Positions 1 to 9,102 of a stretch of 64,000 nt of DNA are shown here, piece by piece. The stretch spans positions 34,339-98,338 of the forward strand of contig JAPLSQ010000058.1 in NCBI GenBank assembly GCA_026398535.1. Direction: 5' to 3'. The number at the start of each line of letters is the position of its first letter. Position 1 is the first letter of the stretch. Origin of the DNA: Candidatus Sumerlaeota bacterium. Its GTDB lineage: Bacteria > Sumerlaeota > Sumerlaeia > Sumerlaeales > Sumerlaeaceae. The position numbers were made by a program, and so were the translations under genes. The notes under the pieces were generated by a model. It saw only the letters and a program-made list of their open reading frames with translations, was not told the origin of the DNA and ran no database searches.

Positions 1-1
1 G

Positions 2-574
2 CCCAATGACCGCGTGGGCGTCATCAACCGCGAGTTCACGCCGGCAATGACATTCCCCGAGGCGGTGCGCGTGGACGAAGGACGCCAATACAAGATACGC
101 TGGCACATGGTCTCAACTCAGCAGACGAACCAGCAGTCGCAGATCCGCCTGCGAGCACGATCGGTCAAGTTCGCATGGTCGCAGAAATATGAAATCGGCG
201 GCGCATGGGCCACCGGCGGCAGCACACTTAATCCCAACAACGCCATCGCCCAGCAGGCGCTGCCAGGCGTGGGATGCCAGAATCCCGACCAGACCATCTT
301 CGGCGAACCCGGAGGCTGGTACAGCCTGATCATCCACACGCCGATGTGCGTTGACATACGCCCGGATTTTCCGCCCGGCACGCCACTGCTCACGCGCATG
401 CCATATATATGCGTGCAACCCGGACCGGGAGTCAACGCGGCATCGAAGCGCGACCTGCGCGTGGGATGCGACATCATCGACACGCTCAGCGGCGGCACGA
501 TGCGCGATCTCGAAAAGGGCAACTATACGCTCGACCGCATCGAGGTGCGCGTCTACAATACCGCGCCGGATTGA
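2..574 (+). CDS. hypothetical protein, 3' part (frame open to window edge)
   Basis: frame of track ORF 14..574 stays open back to nt 2; TGA at 572-574; no family motif recognised. Confidence 0.5.
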   Translation, partial: PNDRVGVINREFTPAMTFPEAVRVDEGRQYKIRWHMVSTQQTNQQSQIRLRARSVKFAWSQKYEIGGAWATGGSTLNPNNAIAQQALPGVGCQNPDQTIFGEPGGWYSLIIHTPMCVDIRPDFPPGTPLLTRMPYICVQPGPGVNAASKRDLRVGCDIIDTLSGGTMRDLEKGNYTLDRIEVRVYNTAPD

Positions 575-597
575 TCCGCTATCAGGGCCGCAATATA

Positions 598-669
598 CCG
601 GTCAGCGAGTACGCCATCAGGCCGGTCAGCGAGTACGCCATCAGGCCGGTCAGCGAGTACGCCATCAGG
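598..669 (+). repeat. 24-mer repeat A, three perfect tandem copies
   Basis: CCGGTCAGCGAGTACGCCATCAGG at 598-621, 622-645, 646-669; same 24-mer recurs at 7 other loci in the window. Confidence 0.97.
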
Positions 670-784
670 CGGGCATGATATTATATGCTTCCCTTTCAGG
701 GTGGCGCGATGGTTGATATGCATCCCGAAATGTTGAGATTCAAAAGCGCGATACGTTGCGGCGCAACGCGGCGCATCGAAAGGG

Positions 785-3268
785 ATGGCGCGCCGCATGA
801 TGGCGATGAGCATGCCTGAAACGTCGTGCGAAACGCCGTTCGAACGGCGTTATCTGGCCGGGATTGCGCTGTTTTCATGCTGCAACATCCTGGTGCAGCT
901 TCTGCTGACGCGGCTGTTCAGCGTGACGCTTGCCTATCATTTCGCGTTCATGGTGATCAGCATCGTCATGCTGACGCTTGCGGCGCCGGGCGCGCTGATC
1001 TTCGCGTTTCCGCGTGTTTTCAGTGCGCGGCGGTTCACCCCGCAGGCGGCGGGCGCGGCGCTGGCTTACGGCTGCCTGCTTTTCGCGGTGCTGGCCGTTT
1101 ACCTTGCGCTGAATTTGCGCGTGGCTTCGCCCCACGCGACGGAGTGGATGCGCCCCGAGGGCCGGCGAAACATCGCGATCATCTTCGCGATGTGGATCGT
1201 TCCGCCGCTGGCGGGCGGTTTTGTGCCTGCGCTCATGCTCACGCATTTTCCCCGGCGCGCGCCTTCCATTTACGGCTGTGATCTTGCCGGCGCGGCTGCG
1301 GGCGGGCTGCTTTTCATGGGAATCATGAAACTGTTTTCCGGGATCACGGCGATCATTCTGGCTGCGGCGCTGTTGTGTGCCGCCGGGGCGGTCCTGGCGG
1401 GGCGCGTCCGTCCCCGCATCGCGCTGGCCGGTGTTGCCGCCGCGGCGCTGCTGTGCGTCTTTGCCGCCGCAAACGCCGCCATGCGGCCCCATGCGCCCGT
1501 GCGCATACGATACGCCAAGTATTATAAAGAACCCGAACCGCTCATCGAGCAATGGTCGCCCATCTCGCGCGTCACGGTATTCGGCGCAGCCGCCATGCTT
1601 CCCCTCAAACCCGACATCGGTTTCGGCTGGGCCATGAGCAAAAACTACAAGGGGCCGCCAGCGCGCGAGTTGTGGATGGAGCAGGACGCCGCGGCGGGCA
1701 CTCCTATCACCGCGTGGGACGGCGTCACGACCTCCGGCGTGGAGCATGTGCTGTGGGACATCACTTCCATCGCACATCACGTGACCCGGCCGCAAAGCAT
1801 GTTTGTCATCGGCGCCGGCGGAGGACGCGACATCCTCGCGGGCATCCTCGCGGGCGCGCGCGAAATCCGCGGGGCAGAGATGAACCCAGCCAGCTTCAGC
1901 ATCGTGCGCGACGACCTTTCAAGCTTCACCGGCAGGCTCTATTCAAATCCGCGCGTCAGGATCATCCACGACGAGGGCCGCGCCACGCTGCGCGCGGGCG
2001 GGCAGAATTACGACATGATACAAATCTCGCTCGTCGACTCGCAGACAGCTTCAGCCGCCGGAGCGCTGGTTTTCGTGGAAAACCTGCTCTACACGCGCGA
2101 GGCGTTCGAAACATACCTCGGCCATCTGACAGCCGGCGGGGCGGTCTCCATCTCATGGTATTTCATCGGGACGCCGCCCGGAATGCTTTACCGCATGCTC
2201 ATGGCGCCCGCCGACGCCCTGAGGCGCAAGGGAATCGCGAACCCCATGGCGCACATCCTGCTGTTCCGAAACGGAATCGGCGCAACTTATCTTGTCAAGC
2301 GCGCGCCGTGGCGGCCCGACGAGGTTGACCGCGCGCGCGCGGAATCCAAAAGGCTGGGATTTGACCTGATCATGGACGCACAGTCGCTTCCGGCTGATCG
2401 CGACCTTGCCGACATCGTGACAAATCCCAAGGCGCTCATGGCGCGCTACCCGCTCAATCTGAGCGCGCCCACAGATGATTCGCCGTTTGTGTTTCAGCTT
2501 GAGAAATGGGACACCGATCCGGCGAAGGTGTCGCCCGATCTGCGGGCGAACCTTGTGGGCACGCGCGTGCTGCGCCCGCTTCTGTGGCTCATGGCGGCGG
2601 CCAGCGCCGTTTTGATCCTGCTGCCGCTGGCGTGGCGGACGCTTCTGGCGCGCCGCGGCGGACACGGCGGCCCGCCTCCGATCGCGGCGCCCGCCTCGCT
2701 GGCATGGCCCGCCATCGCCGTCGCGGGCGGTTGCGGCATGGGCTACCTCGTGGCCGAACTCGCGCTGATGCATCTCGGTTCGCTCATCGTCGGATATCCG
2801 GTTTACGCGCTTGTGCTGACGCTGGTCGCGCTGCTGCTGGGCAGCGGGGCGGGATCGGCGTTCAGCGGCAGATATGATCCGGCGCGGCTGGCGCGCTCGC
2901 TCGGCTGGATCATGATTGTCCTGGCCGGTGTCATTGCCGCGATGCCGCCCTTGCGCCCTGCCATACAGGACGCCGCGGCTGCGATGCCGTGGGCCGGACG
3001 CGCGTGCATGATTTTTGGCGTTTGTTTCGTGACGGGTTTCTTCATGGGAATGCCGTTTCCGACGCTGATGCGTCTTGTGGATCGTTCAGGCGCCGGAGGG
3101 CTCCTGCCCTGGTTGTGGGGGCTTAACGGCATGGCCGGCGTGATGTCGTCGATCGTCGTGATGTGCATCGCCGTTTTTTCCGGCTACTCGACGGCCATGT
3201 ATTTCGCCGCGGGATGTTACGTGCTCGTTGCGGCGGGATTCGCTGTCATGGCCGCGCGGCGCGCGTAA
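785..3268 (+). CDS. polytopic membrane protein with central spermidine-synthase-like (class I SAM-fold) domain
   Basis: 827-aa ORF; hydrophobic helices at both ends; central VIGAGGGRDI (GxGxG) and MIQISLVDS resemble fused membrane/spermidine-synthase-like proteins; several alternative ATGs 785-812. Confidence 0.55.
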   Translation: MARRMMAMSMPETSCETPFERRYLAGIALFSCCNILVQLLLTRLFSVTLAYHFAFMVISIVMLTLAAPGALIFAFPRVFSARRFTPQAAGAALAYGCLLFAVLAVYLALNLRVASPHATEWMRPEGRRNIAIIFAMWIVPPLAGGFVPALMLTHFPRRAPSIYGCDLAGAAAGGLLFMGIMKLFSGITAIILAAALLCAAGAVLAGRVRPRIALAGVAAAALLCVFAAANAAMRPHAPVRIRYAKYYKEPEPLIEQWSPISRVTVFGAAAMLPLKPDIGFGWAMSKNYKGPPARELWMEQDAAAGTPITAWDGVTTSGVEHVLWDITSIAHHVTRPQSMFVIGAGGGRDILAGILAGAREIRGAEMNPASFSIVRDDLSSFTGRLYSNPRVRIIHDEGRATLRAGGQNYDMIQISLVDSQTASAAGALVFVENLLYTREAFETYLGHLTAGGAVSISWYFIGTPPGMLYRMLMAPADALRRKGIANPMAHILLFRNGIGATYLVKRAPWRPDEVDRARAESKRLGFDLIMDAQSLPADRDLADIVTNPKALMARYPLNLSAPTDDSPFVFQLEKWDTDPAKVSPDLRANLVGTRVLRPLLWLMAAASAVLILLPLAWRTLLARRGGHGGPPPIAAPASLAWPAIAVAGGCGMGYLVAELALMHLGSLIVGYPVYALVLTLVALLLGSGAGSAFSGRYDPARLARSLGWIMIVLAGVIAAMPPLRPAIQDAAAAMPWAGRACMIFGVCFVTGFFMGMPFPTLMRLVDRSGAGGLLPWLWGLNGMAGVMSSIVVMCIAVFSGYSTAMYFAAGCYVLVAAGFAVMAARRA

Positions 3269-4186
3269 TCACCGGTCAGCGAGTACGCCATCAGGCCTGA
3301 GCAGATCCGCGATCTGTTTTTCCGCGGCGGTCATGAGGGTGTTGTGGTCGGCGCCCGCGACGGGCCGCAGCGTGATCATTGTTGGATGACGCCCGGAAAG
3401 CTCCTTTGACATCCGGAAGGGCACGATGTCGTCTGCCGTGCCATGCAGGATGAGCACCGCCGGCGGATCCGCGCGCGAGGCCAGCCCGGCCAACCGCGCG
3501 CGGTTGTCATAGCGGTCGCGCAACAGATTGCACAGCGGCCATCCCACCGACAGCCGAGCCATGTCCAGCAGGCTCGTGAACGGCGCGAGCAGGACGACCT
3601 GCTTCACGGGATGCCCCGCCGCAAAATCCAGTCCCGTGGCCGAGCCAATGGAGAATCCGAGAATGTTGAGGCCGGTTTCGAGCGCGGTGAGCGGACAATG
3701 GAGATGATCCGCGAGCGCGCGGAACGCCGCTTCGGACGACTCGCGGATTGTCCCGCGCCGCGCCGCGCCTTCACATTTTCCGTAACCCGGATAATCCATG
3801 AGCAGATAGCCCGCGCGCGCGCCGCGCGCAGCCTCAACCGTGTCCAGCCAGTCGAGCGCCACCGACGCGTTGCCCGAAAATACCGCCCACAAGCGACCGG
3901 GCGGCTTGTCAGACCCGTCCATTGGAGGTATGTAGAATGCCGTCTGCGCGCCCTGCGATGTCCTGTAATTCAGCTCAACCGTGCCGCGCGGCAGACCGCG
4001 GGCATACGATGGATCGTAGCGCCTGGGAAAATAAATCATTTTCTGCTGAAAGGCGAACGCCATGCACGACATCAGCAAGAAAAATCCGATGATAATTGTC
4101 ACGATCATGCGCAAAAGTCTTTTCAACAAAGGAACAATCGCAAGCCCGAATGCGGGATTTGGCGTCGGGGAAAGATGATTGGTCAT
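3269..4186 (-). CDS. alpha/beta-fold hydrolase with N-terminal membrane anchor
   Basis: GFSIGS nucleophile elbow, LILHGTADDIVP, N-terminal TM helix; last 8 codons (PDGVLADR) are the reverse complement of repeat A at 3272-3295. Confidence 0.7.
   Translation of the reverse strand: MTNHLSPTPNPAFGLAIVPLLKRLLRMIVTIIIGFFLLMSCMAFAFQQKMIYFPRRYDPSYARGLPRGTVELNYRTSQGAQTAFYIPPMDGSDKPPGRLWAVFSGNASVALDWLDTVEAARGARAGYLLMDYPGYGKCEGAARRGTIRESSEAAFRALADHLHCPLTALETGLNILGFSIGSATGLDFAAGHPVKQVVLLAPFTSLLDMARLSVGWPLCNLLRDRYDNRARLAGLASRADPPAVLILHGTADDIVPFRMSKELSGRHPTMITLRPVAGADHNTLMTAAEKQIADLLRPDGVLADR
3272..3295 (+). repeat. 24-mer repeat A, single copy
   Basis: exact CCGGTCAGCGAGTACGCCATCAGG between convergent stops (TAA 3266-3268 on +, TGA 3269-3271 on -). 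Confidence 0.95.
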
Positions 4187-4226
4187 TTTTTCCCGGTCAG
4201 GGAGACCTCACCCTCTGATGACAAAC

Positions 4227-5441
4227 TCAAGGCCCGATGCCCAACCGCTCCCGCAGGTTGACGCCGCACAGCGCGGCGACGCGTTCGATAGCCTGGCCGA
4301 CGGCCCGGTTGGGCGTTGACGCCCCGCCGCTGACGCCCACGCGAAGAGGCGGCGCCGGAAGCCACGCCCGAACGATCCCGGGCTGGCGTCGACGCCAGTG
4401 TTTTTGGCGGATCTCGCCGCGCGAGATGATGTCCGACGGGTCACCGATATGATAAGATGGCGCGAATTGTGAGGCGATTTCCACAAGGTGGGTTGTGTTC
4501 GAGCTGTTGAATCCGCCGACGATGATGATCAGGTCCATGCCCAGCCCGCCAAGCGCGCGCACAGCGTCCTGACGATCCTGTGTGGCCGCGCAGATGGTCT
4601 CGAAACTTCTGAAGCGTTCGGCCATGGCGGCCTCGCCGTGGCGGAAAACCATTGCGCGCCGCAACATACCGGCAATCTCCACCGATTCATTGCTCAGCAT
4701 GGTCGTCTGGTTTGCCAGACCGATGCGCTCGAGATCGCGGCCGGCATCGAATCCCGCCGAGACGGCCCGTTTGAAACGATCGCGGATCGTCCCCGCGCCG
4801 GCCCGCCCCGCGATATAATCGCAGACAAGGCGCGCCTCGGCCTTATCACGGACGACGATATACTTTCCGCCCGCGATGGCGGCAACACACGAGGTTGTGG
4901 CGACGGTTTCCTCATGCGAATACACGCCGTGAATCACGGCAGTGAAACCCTCGCGCGCATAACGCTCCACCCGCTTCCACACGCGCATCACGGAACCGCA
5001 TGTCGTGTCAACGATCGCGCAACCCGTCGCGCGCAGATTCTGCACGTCGCTGGCGGCCGCCCCGAAAGCCGGAAGGATCACCACATCGTCGGGCCCTATG
5101 GCAGACTGGCCGCCGCTGTTGCCGGACGCCAGCGTCATGATGCCGATGCCCATGTCGTGAAGTTTGCGGTTGACCGAGGGGTTGTGGATGATTTCGGCGG
5201 TGAGAAAAATCCGTTTGCCGGGATGAACCCGCCGCGCCCGGTAGGCGCGGTGGATGGCCCTGTCGACACCGTAACAAAAACCGAATTCGCGCGCGAGATG
5301 GATTTCCAAACCATCCGCCGCGACATGGAAACCGCGCAACCGAATGGCTTCGATAACCGGACACCGGAAATCCTCCGCAATAGAATCGCTGATGGGCGAA
5401 AGCGCCATGCACTGATAATGACGCCCTGCAAGCAGGTTCAT
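4227..5441 (-). CDS. ispH: 4-hydroxy-3-methylbut-2-enyl diphosphate reductase
   Basis: GFCYGVDRAI, IIHNPSVN, DTTCGSV, HGVYSHEET, NQTTMLSNE, ICAATQDRQDAV, GGFNSSNTTHL (LytB family signatures). Confidence 0.93.
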   Translation of the reverse strand: MNLLAGRHYQCMALSPISDSIAEDFRCPVIEAIRLRGFHVAADGLEIHLAREFGFCYGVDRAIHRAYRARRVHPGKRIFLTAEIIHNPSVNRKLHDMGIGIMTLASGNSGGQSAIGPDDVVILPAFGAAASDVQNLRATGCAIVDTTCGSVMRVWKRVERYAREGFTAVIHGVYSHEETVATTSCVAAIAGGKYIVVRDKAEARLVCDYIAGRAGAGTIRDRFKRAVSAGFDAGRDLERIGLANQTTMLSNESVEIAGMLRRAMVFRHGEAAMAERFRSFETICAATQDRQDAVRALGGLGMDLIIIVGGFNSSNTTHLVEIASQFAPSYHIGDPSDIISRGEIRQKHWRRRQPGIVRAWLPAPPLRVGVSGGASTPNRAVGQAIERVAALCGVNLRERLGIGP

Positions 5442-5465
5442 TCAGCGCGAAAGCAGAAAAAAACA

Positions 5466-5566
5466 CCCGCCGCCGCCGCATCTTCCGCACTCCAATGTGG
5501 CATGGCCATCCTGGCCATGAATCATGGGTATGATGCCCATGCCACACAAAAATCCGCGGCGGCGGG
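5466..5566 (-). other. nested inverted repeats in carD-ispH spacer (candidate structured RNA or attenuator)
   Basis: outer arms CCCGCCGCCGC (5466-5476) / GCGGCGGCGGG (5556-5566); inner arms GTGGCATGG (5497-5505) / CCATGCCAC (5537-5545); central palindrome CCATGAATCATGG. Confidence 0.4.
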
Positions 5567-5616
5567 ATGATGCTTTTTGCTTGAATATCCCTTCGCTCTG
5601 CGCGGCGCGGGCTTGT

Positions 5617-6162
5617 TCAGGCCGCAGAAGAAGCGTTCCTCTTTTTTTTCTCTTCGCGTTCTTTCTGCACTTTTTTCTTATACATTTGTTTGAGCGCCTC
5701 GTTGATCTCATCGAGCACCTTGGTTTTCGAGTCGTTGCGGATGAAGGTGATTTCGTCGACGAGGAATTTTCGCGCCTGCTCCATGATTTCGCGTTCCTTG
5801 CCCTTGAGTTCGTTGGCGAGATCGAGCGTGTAGAGATCGCGCAGGAGCTTGGAAATTCGCGCCGGGTCGCCGCTGTTGATGACCTCCCGGTAGGCGGTGT
5901 ATTGCAGGCGGGCGTCGTTGCGGTTGGGCGAGGTTGGCTGTTTGAGCAGCACCATGACCTTTTTGGCGTCATCCTTGCTCATGGGTCTTCGCACGCCGCG
6001 TTTTTCCATCTGGGTTTTAGGCACCATCACCTTGGTATTGTTCTGCGCGTGAAACACATAATAGACCATCTCCTGCCCGTCGACGGTCATTTTGCGGATG
6101 CCTTCCACCTCGCAGATTCCGATGCTGGGCTCCACGACAGTGTCGCCGGTTTTGAATTCCAT
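5617..6162 (-). CDS. carD: CarD/CdnL-family transcriptional regulator
   Basis: MEFKTGDTVVEPSIGICEVEGI... (CarD_CdnL_TRCF N-domain); ATG at 6160-6162 lies 1 nt after rsfS stop, preceded by GAGAGG; longer track start 6189 overlaps rsfS. Confidence 0.85.
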   Translation of the reverse strand: MEFKTGDTVVEPSIGICEVEGIRKMTVDGQEMVYYVFHAQNNTKVMVPKTQMEKRGVRRPMSKDDAKKVMVLLKQPTSPNRNDARLQYTAYREVINSGDPARISKLLRDLYTLDLANELKGKEREIMEQARKFLVDEITFIRNDSKTKVLDEINEALKQMYKKKVQKEREEKKKRNASSAA

Positions 6163-6163
6163 G

Positions 6164-6574
6164 TTATTTCCTCTCAGTCGCCAGTTCATGAATTGTGGAT
6201 ATTAACTCTTTGTGCTCCCATCGGGGCGCGTCGCCCCACAGGCGTTCGATATCGTAATAATGGCGCGTTTGGGCCAGCATGGCGTGGATGATGACATCGC
6301 CATAATCAAAAACAAGCCATCCGGCGGCTTTCTTTCCGTCAACGTGGTCGGGTTTGATCCCGCGGCCGGCCAGGATGTCCTCTATGCGTTTTCCAAGGGC
6401 GCGCAGATGGTTCAGGCCCGATCCCGTGAAAATGACATAATAATCGGTGACATCGGAAATACCGCGAACATCGTAGACGGCTATCTTTTGCGCCTTGCCC
6501 TCTGCGGCCGTTTCCACGGCGTGTCTTGTTTTCTCGGATGATTCTATGTCATGTTCTCCTTTCGTCTGTCCCAA
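6164..6574 (-). CDS. rsfS: ribosome silencing factor RsfS (iojap)
   Basis: KIAVYDVRGISDVTDYYVIFTGSG, GWLVFDYGDVIIHAM, YYDIERLWGDAP. Confidence 0.9.
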   Translation of the reverse strand: MGQTKGEHDIESSEKTRHAVETAAEGKAQKIAVYDVRGISDVTDYYVIFTGSGLNHLRALGKRIEDILAGRGIKPDHVDGKKAAGWLVFDYGDVIIHAMLAQTRHYYDIERLWGDAPRWEHKELISTIHELATERK

Positions 6575-7118
6575 CGCGCTCGGGCGTCCGCTCCAGTTCC
6601 GCGATCATCGAGCAGACCCGCGGATGCGCGGGTTTTCCGAGACCGGTCAAGTGTTGTATCTTGCTTTTCAAAACCATCAACAGTCCTTTTCGCAAATCTT
6701 TGAGCACGAGCCGTCTGATATCGTCCGAGCCTGGAAAATCGCGTGTTGGCTCGCAGTAGTCGGCCGCCATGACGATCCACAACAGTCGTGGCGCGCCGGC
6801 GCGGCCCGTGGGATGGCAGGCGATCGCCTCGAGGATTTCATCGTCGCCGATCCCGTGCCTCGAGCGGGCAAGCATCGCTCCAACGGGCGCGTGAAGAATG
6901 CCCGGAAACTCAAAATCCCCGGCATCGACGGGGTATTGCCCGCTTTGAGCCAATGCCATTATTTCGTCCGCGCTGAGCGCCTTTGCGCAATCGTGCAACA
7001 ACGCGGCGGTATAAGCTCTGTCCGCATCCGTTCCATTGGCGCTCGCGAGCACAACGGCCAATTCCCCCGCCCCCAGCGAATGATGAAAACGTCTTGCGCC
7101 CAGATCCTTTTCAAGCAA
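6549..7118 (-). CDS. yqeK: HD-domain bis(5'-nucleosyl)-tetraphosphatase YqeK
   Basis: RFHHSLG...AALLHDCAK HD motif, size about 190 aa, directly upstream of rsfS as in the yqeK-rsfS operon; TTG start. Confidence 0.8.
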   Translation of the reverse strand: MLEKDLGARRFHHSLGAGELAVVLASANGTDADRAYTAALLHDCAKALSADEIMALAQSGQYPVDAGDFEFPGILHAPVGAMLARSRHGIGDDEILEAIACHPTGRAGAPRLLWIVMAADYCEPTRDFPGSDDIRRLVLKDLRKGLLMVLKSKIQHLTGLGKPAHPRVCSMIAELERTPERVGTDERRT

Positions 7119-7267
7119 TCGGGTGATTCTGTCGAAATCCGATGCTGTTAAATTGCTGTCTATGCTCTTTACACGGCTTTAATAATGTCACATTTTTTAC
7201 AATTTAAATTGCGTAATATTTTAATGGGCACGATAAGAACCGTCCCTGATTTTTCATTGATTGACAC

Positions 7268-8230
7268 ATGATGCAAACAGTCAGTTTTTCCGCTGCAAGC
7301 TCGGCGATAGCCGCCATCTTCCTGCTGGGGCTTATTGGATTTCTCAGCGTCAAGCGCAGGATTCTCAGCGAGACCGGCGTGAGCGAGCTGGCGCGCGTCC
7401 TTGTTGATCTTGTGGTGCCGGGCGCCCTTTTTCATGCCATGTACACCCAGTACGCGTCGGACAAGCTGGAGTTTCTGTGGAAAGCCGGCGTTGCCCAGGT
7501 GATGCTTTTCGGCACGGCCGCCGTGCTGTCGACCCTGCTGCACCGTGTCCTTCATGTGCGCAGCCACCGCGGCACCATCATCACGCTTTCGTCGCTACAG
7601 AACAATGTCTACGTTCCCCTGCCGGTCTGTTTTGCCGTTCTTCCGCCGGAGCAAAGCGCTCGCGCCGCGTTTTTCGTGGGATGCTTCGTGATTTTTTTCA
7701 ATCCGTTGCTGTGGACCGTGGGAGTCATCCTGCTGTCGGGCAAAACACGGCCCATGGGCGGGTTCCTGCCCATGTTGTCCAAGGCGCTGAACCCTCCCGT
7801 CGTGGGATGTCTCGCGGGGCTGATTCTGAAGAATCTGTTCATGAACATCGGCGTCCAGATGCCCGATCTTGTGCTGGAGGTGGCGCGGTTGTGCAAGGAA
7901 GCCATGGCGCCGCTTGCCATGATTGTGCTTGGCGGACTGCTTGCGGGCGCCCACTGGTCGCGTGATTTTGAAGTGAAAGCCATTTCCATTGTCACGGTCG
8001 TCAAACTGTTTATCCTTCCCCTGTGCGCCCTGGCCGTGCTGGGCAAACTTCCGGGGATTGATCCGGTGTTTGCGTTTGTTGTCATGACGGAAGCGGCCTG
8101 CCCGCCCGCCACGAACATTTCGATCGCGGCAAGCCGTTACGGGGGAAACACGAGCCTGATCGCGATCGCGATGCTTGTGACGTATCTTGTCAGCATTGTC
8201 ACGATTCCGGCGTGGCTCGCGATGCGATAG
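7268..8230 (+). CDS. AEC (auxin efflux carrier) family membrane transporter
   Basis: 320 aa, about 10 hydrophobic helices in 5+5 arrangement, typical size and N-terminus of the membrane transport protein family. Confidence 0.55.
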   Translation: MMQTVSFSAASSAIAAIFLLGLIGFLSVKRRILSETGVSELARVLVDLVVPGALFHAMYTQYASDKLEFLWKAGVAQVMLFGTAAVLSTLLHRVLHVRSHRGTIITLSSLQNNVYVPLPVCFAVLPPEQSARAAFFVGCFVIFFNPLLWTVGVILLSGKTRPMGGFLPMLSKALNPPVVGCLAGLILKNLFMNIGVQMPDLVLEVARLCKEAMAPLAMIVLGGLLAGAHWSRDFEVKAISIVTVVKLFILPLCALAVLGKLPGIDPVFAFVVMTEAACPPATNISIAASRYGGNTSLIAIAMLVTYLVSIVTIPAWLAMR

Positions 8231-8233
8231 CTT

Positions 8234-8266
8234 CATGGAGAACACGGACAAACACCCGGTCACCGG
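8234..8266 (+). repeat. decamer repeat block plus A-like 5' fragment
   Basis: CATGGAGAACACGGACAAACAC followed by CCGGTCACCGG; lies between convergent stops 8228-8230 (+) and 8260-8262 (-). Confidence 0.85.
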
Positions 8267-8976
8267 CCCTTGTAGAGCACGAACCGTTCCGGCTCTTCCC
8301 AAAGGCGGAACCCGCCCTTGAACGCGTTGGCGTTGTTTCCGGCGCGAGCGCCGGCGGGCAGTTCCTTCAAAAACTTGACATGCCCGCCGCCCAGCACCAC
8401 GTATTCGGCCGTCAGCGCCGCCATGAGGCGCGCGACAACATCCGCGACAAGCTCACGCCAGCGTTTCTTGCCGAAATGTTTGAGTCCCCGGATGCCGATA
8501 TGGTCTTCGAAGGTTGATCGGCGGTAGGGCAAATGCCCGGCTTCCATCGGAATGACAACGTTGTCGAAAATGGCCGCCGTGCCCAGGCCCGTGCCCAGCC
8601 CCAGGAACAGCATCCTGCCGCCCTGGTAGCTGCCGATGGCCTGCATGGCGGCGTCGTTGACAAGCTTGACGGGGCGGCCAAACGCATTGTTAAAATCGTA
8701 ATCGAGCCACCCGCCGCCAAGGTTCACCGGCTCCAGCACAAGTTTGTTGTGAACCACGGGAGCGGGGCACCCGATGGTGACAACGTCATATTTCAGGCCG
8801 GCGGTCATATTGCGCACGCCTTTGATCAACTGGGGCGGCGTGAGTTCCGGCCCCGAAGAAAACCGCCTGACCTCATTGAATCCGGAAGCGAGAATCTTGA
8901 CATTGGTCCCCCCCACATCAATCACAAGAACGCGCAACCGTATTTTTTCTCCTGTGCGGGCATTGCGGATCGTCAT
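8260..8976 (-). CDS. ROK-family sugar kinase (polyphosphate/ATP-glucokinase-like)
   Basis: VLVIDVGGTNVKI, LVNDAAMQAIGSY, GLGTGLGTA; ATG 8974-8976 preceded by AAGGAG; longer track start 9069 lacks support. Confidence 0.8.
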   Translation of the reverse strand: MTIRNARTGEKIRLRVLVIDVGGTNVKILASGFNEVRRFSSGPELTPPQLIKGVRNMTAGLKYDVVTIGCPAPVVHNKLVLEPVNLGGGWLDYDFNNAFGRPVKLVNDAAMQAIGSYQGGRMLFLGLGTGLGTAAIFDNVVIPMEAGHLPYRRSTFEDHIGIRGLKHFGKKRWRELVADVVARLMAALTAEYVVLGGGHVKFLKELPAGARAGNNANAFKGGFRLWEEPERFVLYKGR

Positions 8977-9102
8977 CGGGGTGCAACTCCTTGCGCAAAA
9001 AATGTCGGCCGTACATGCGGCATGCATATCAATCCGCACAACACGCCACAAGCAAAAACCATGACCCAATCAAGATGCGCTCATCAATAACGGGCGCGCA
9101 TC

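Noticed and set aside
3272-3295. Repeat A as a rho-independent terminator or REP-like palindrome
   Set aside because: The only self-complementarity is a 3-bp GCG/CGC stem with a 4-nt loop, and there is no U-tract. The element also occurs inside coding regions.
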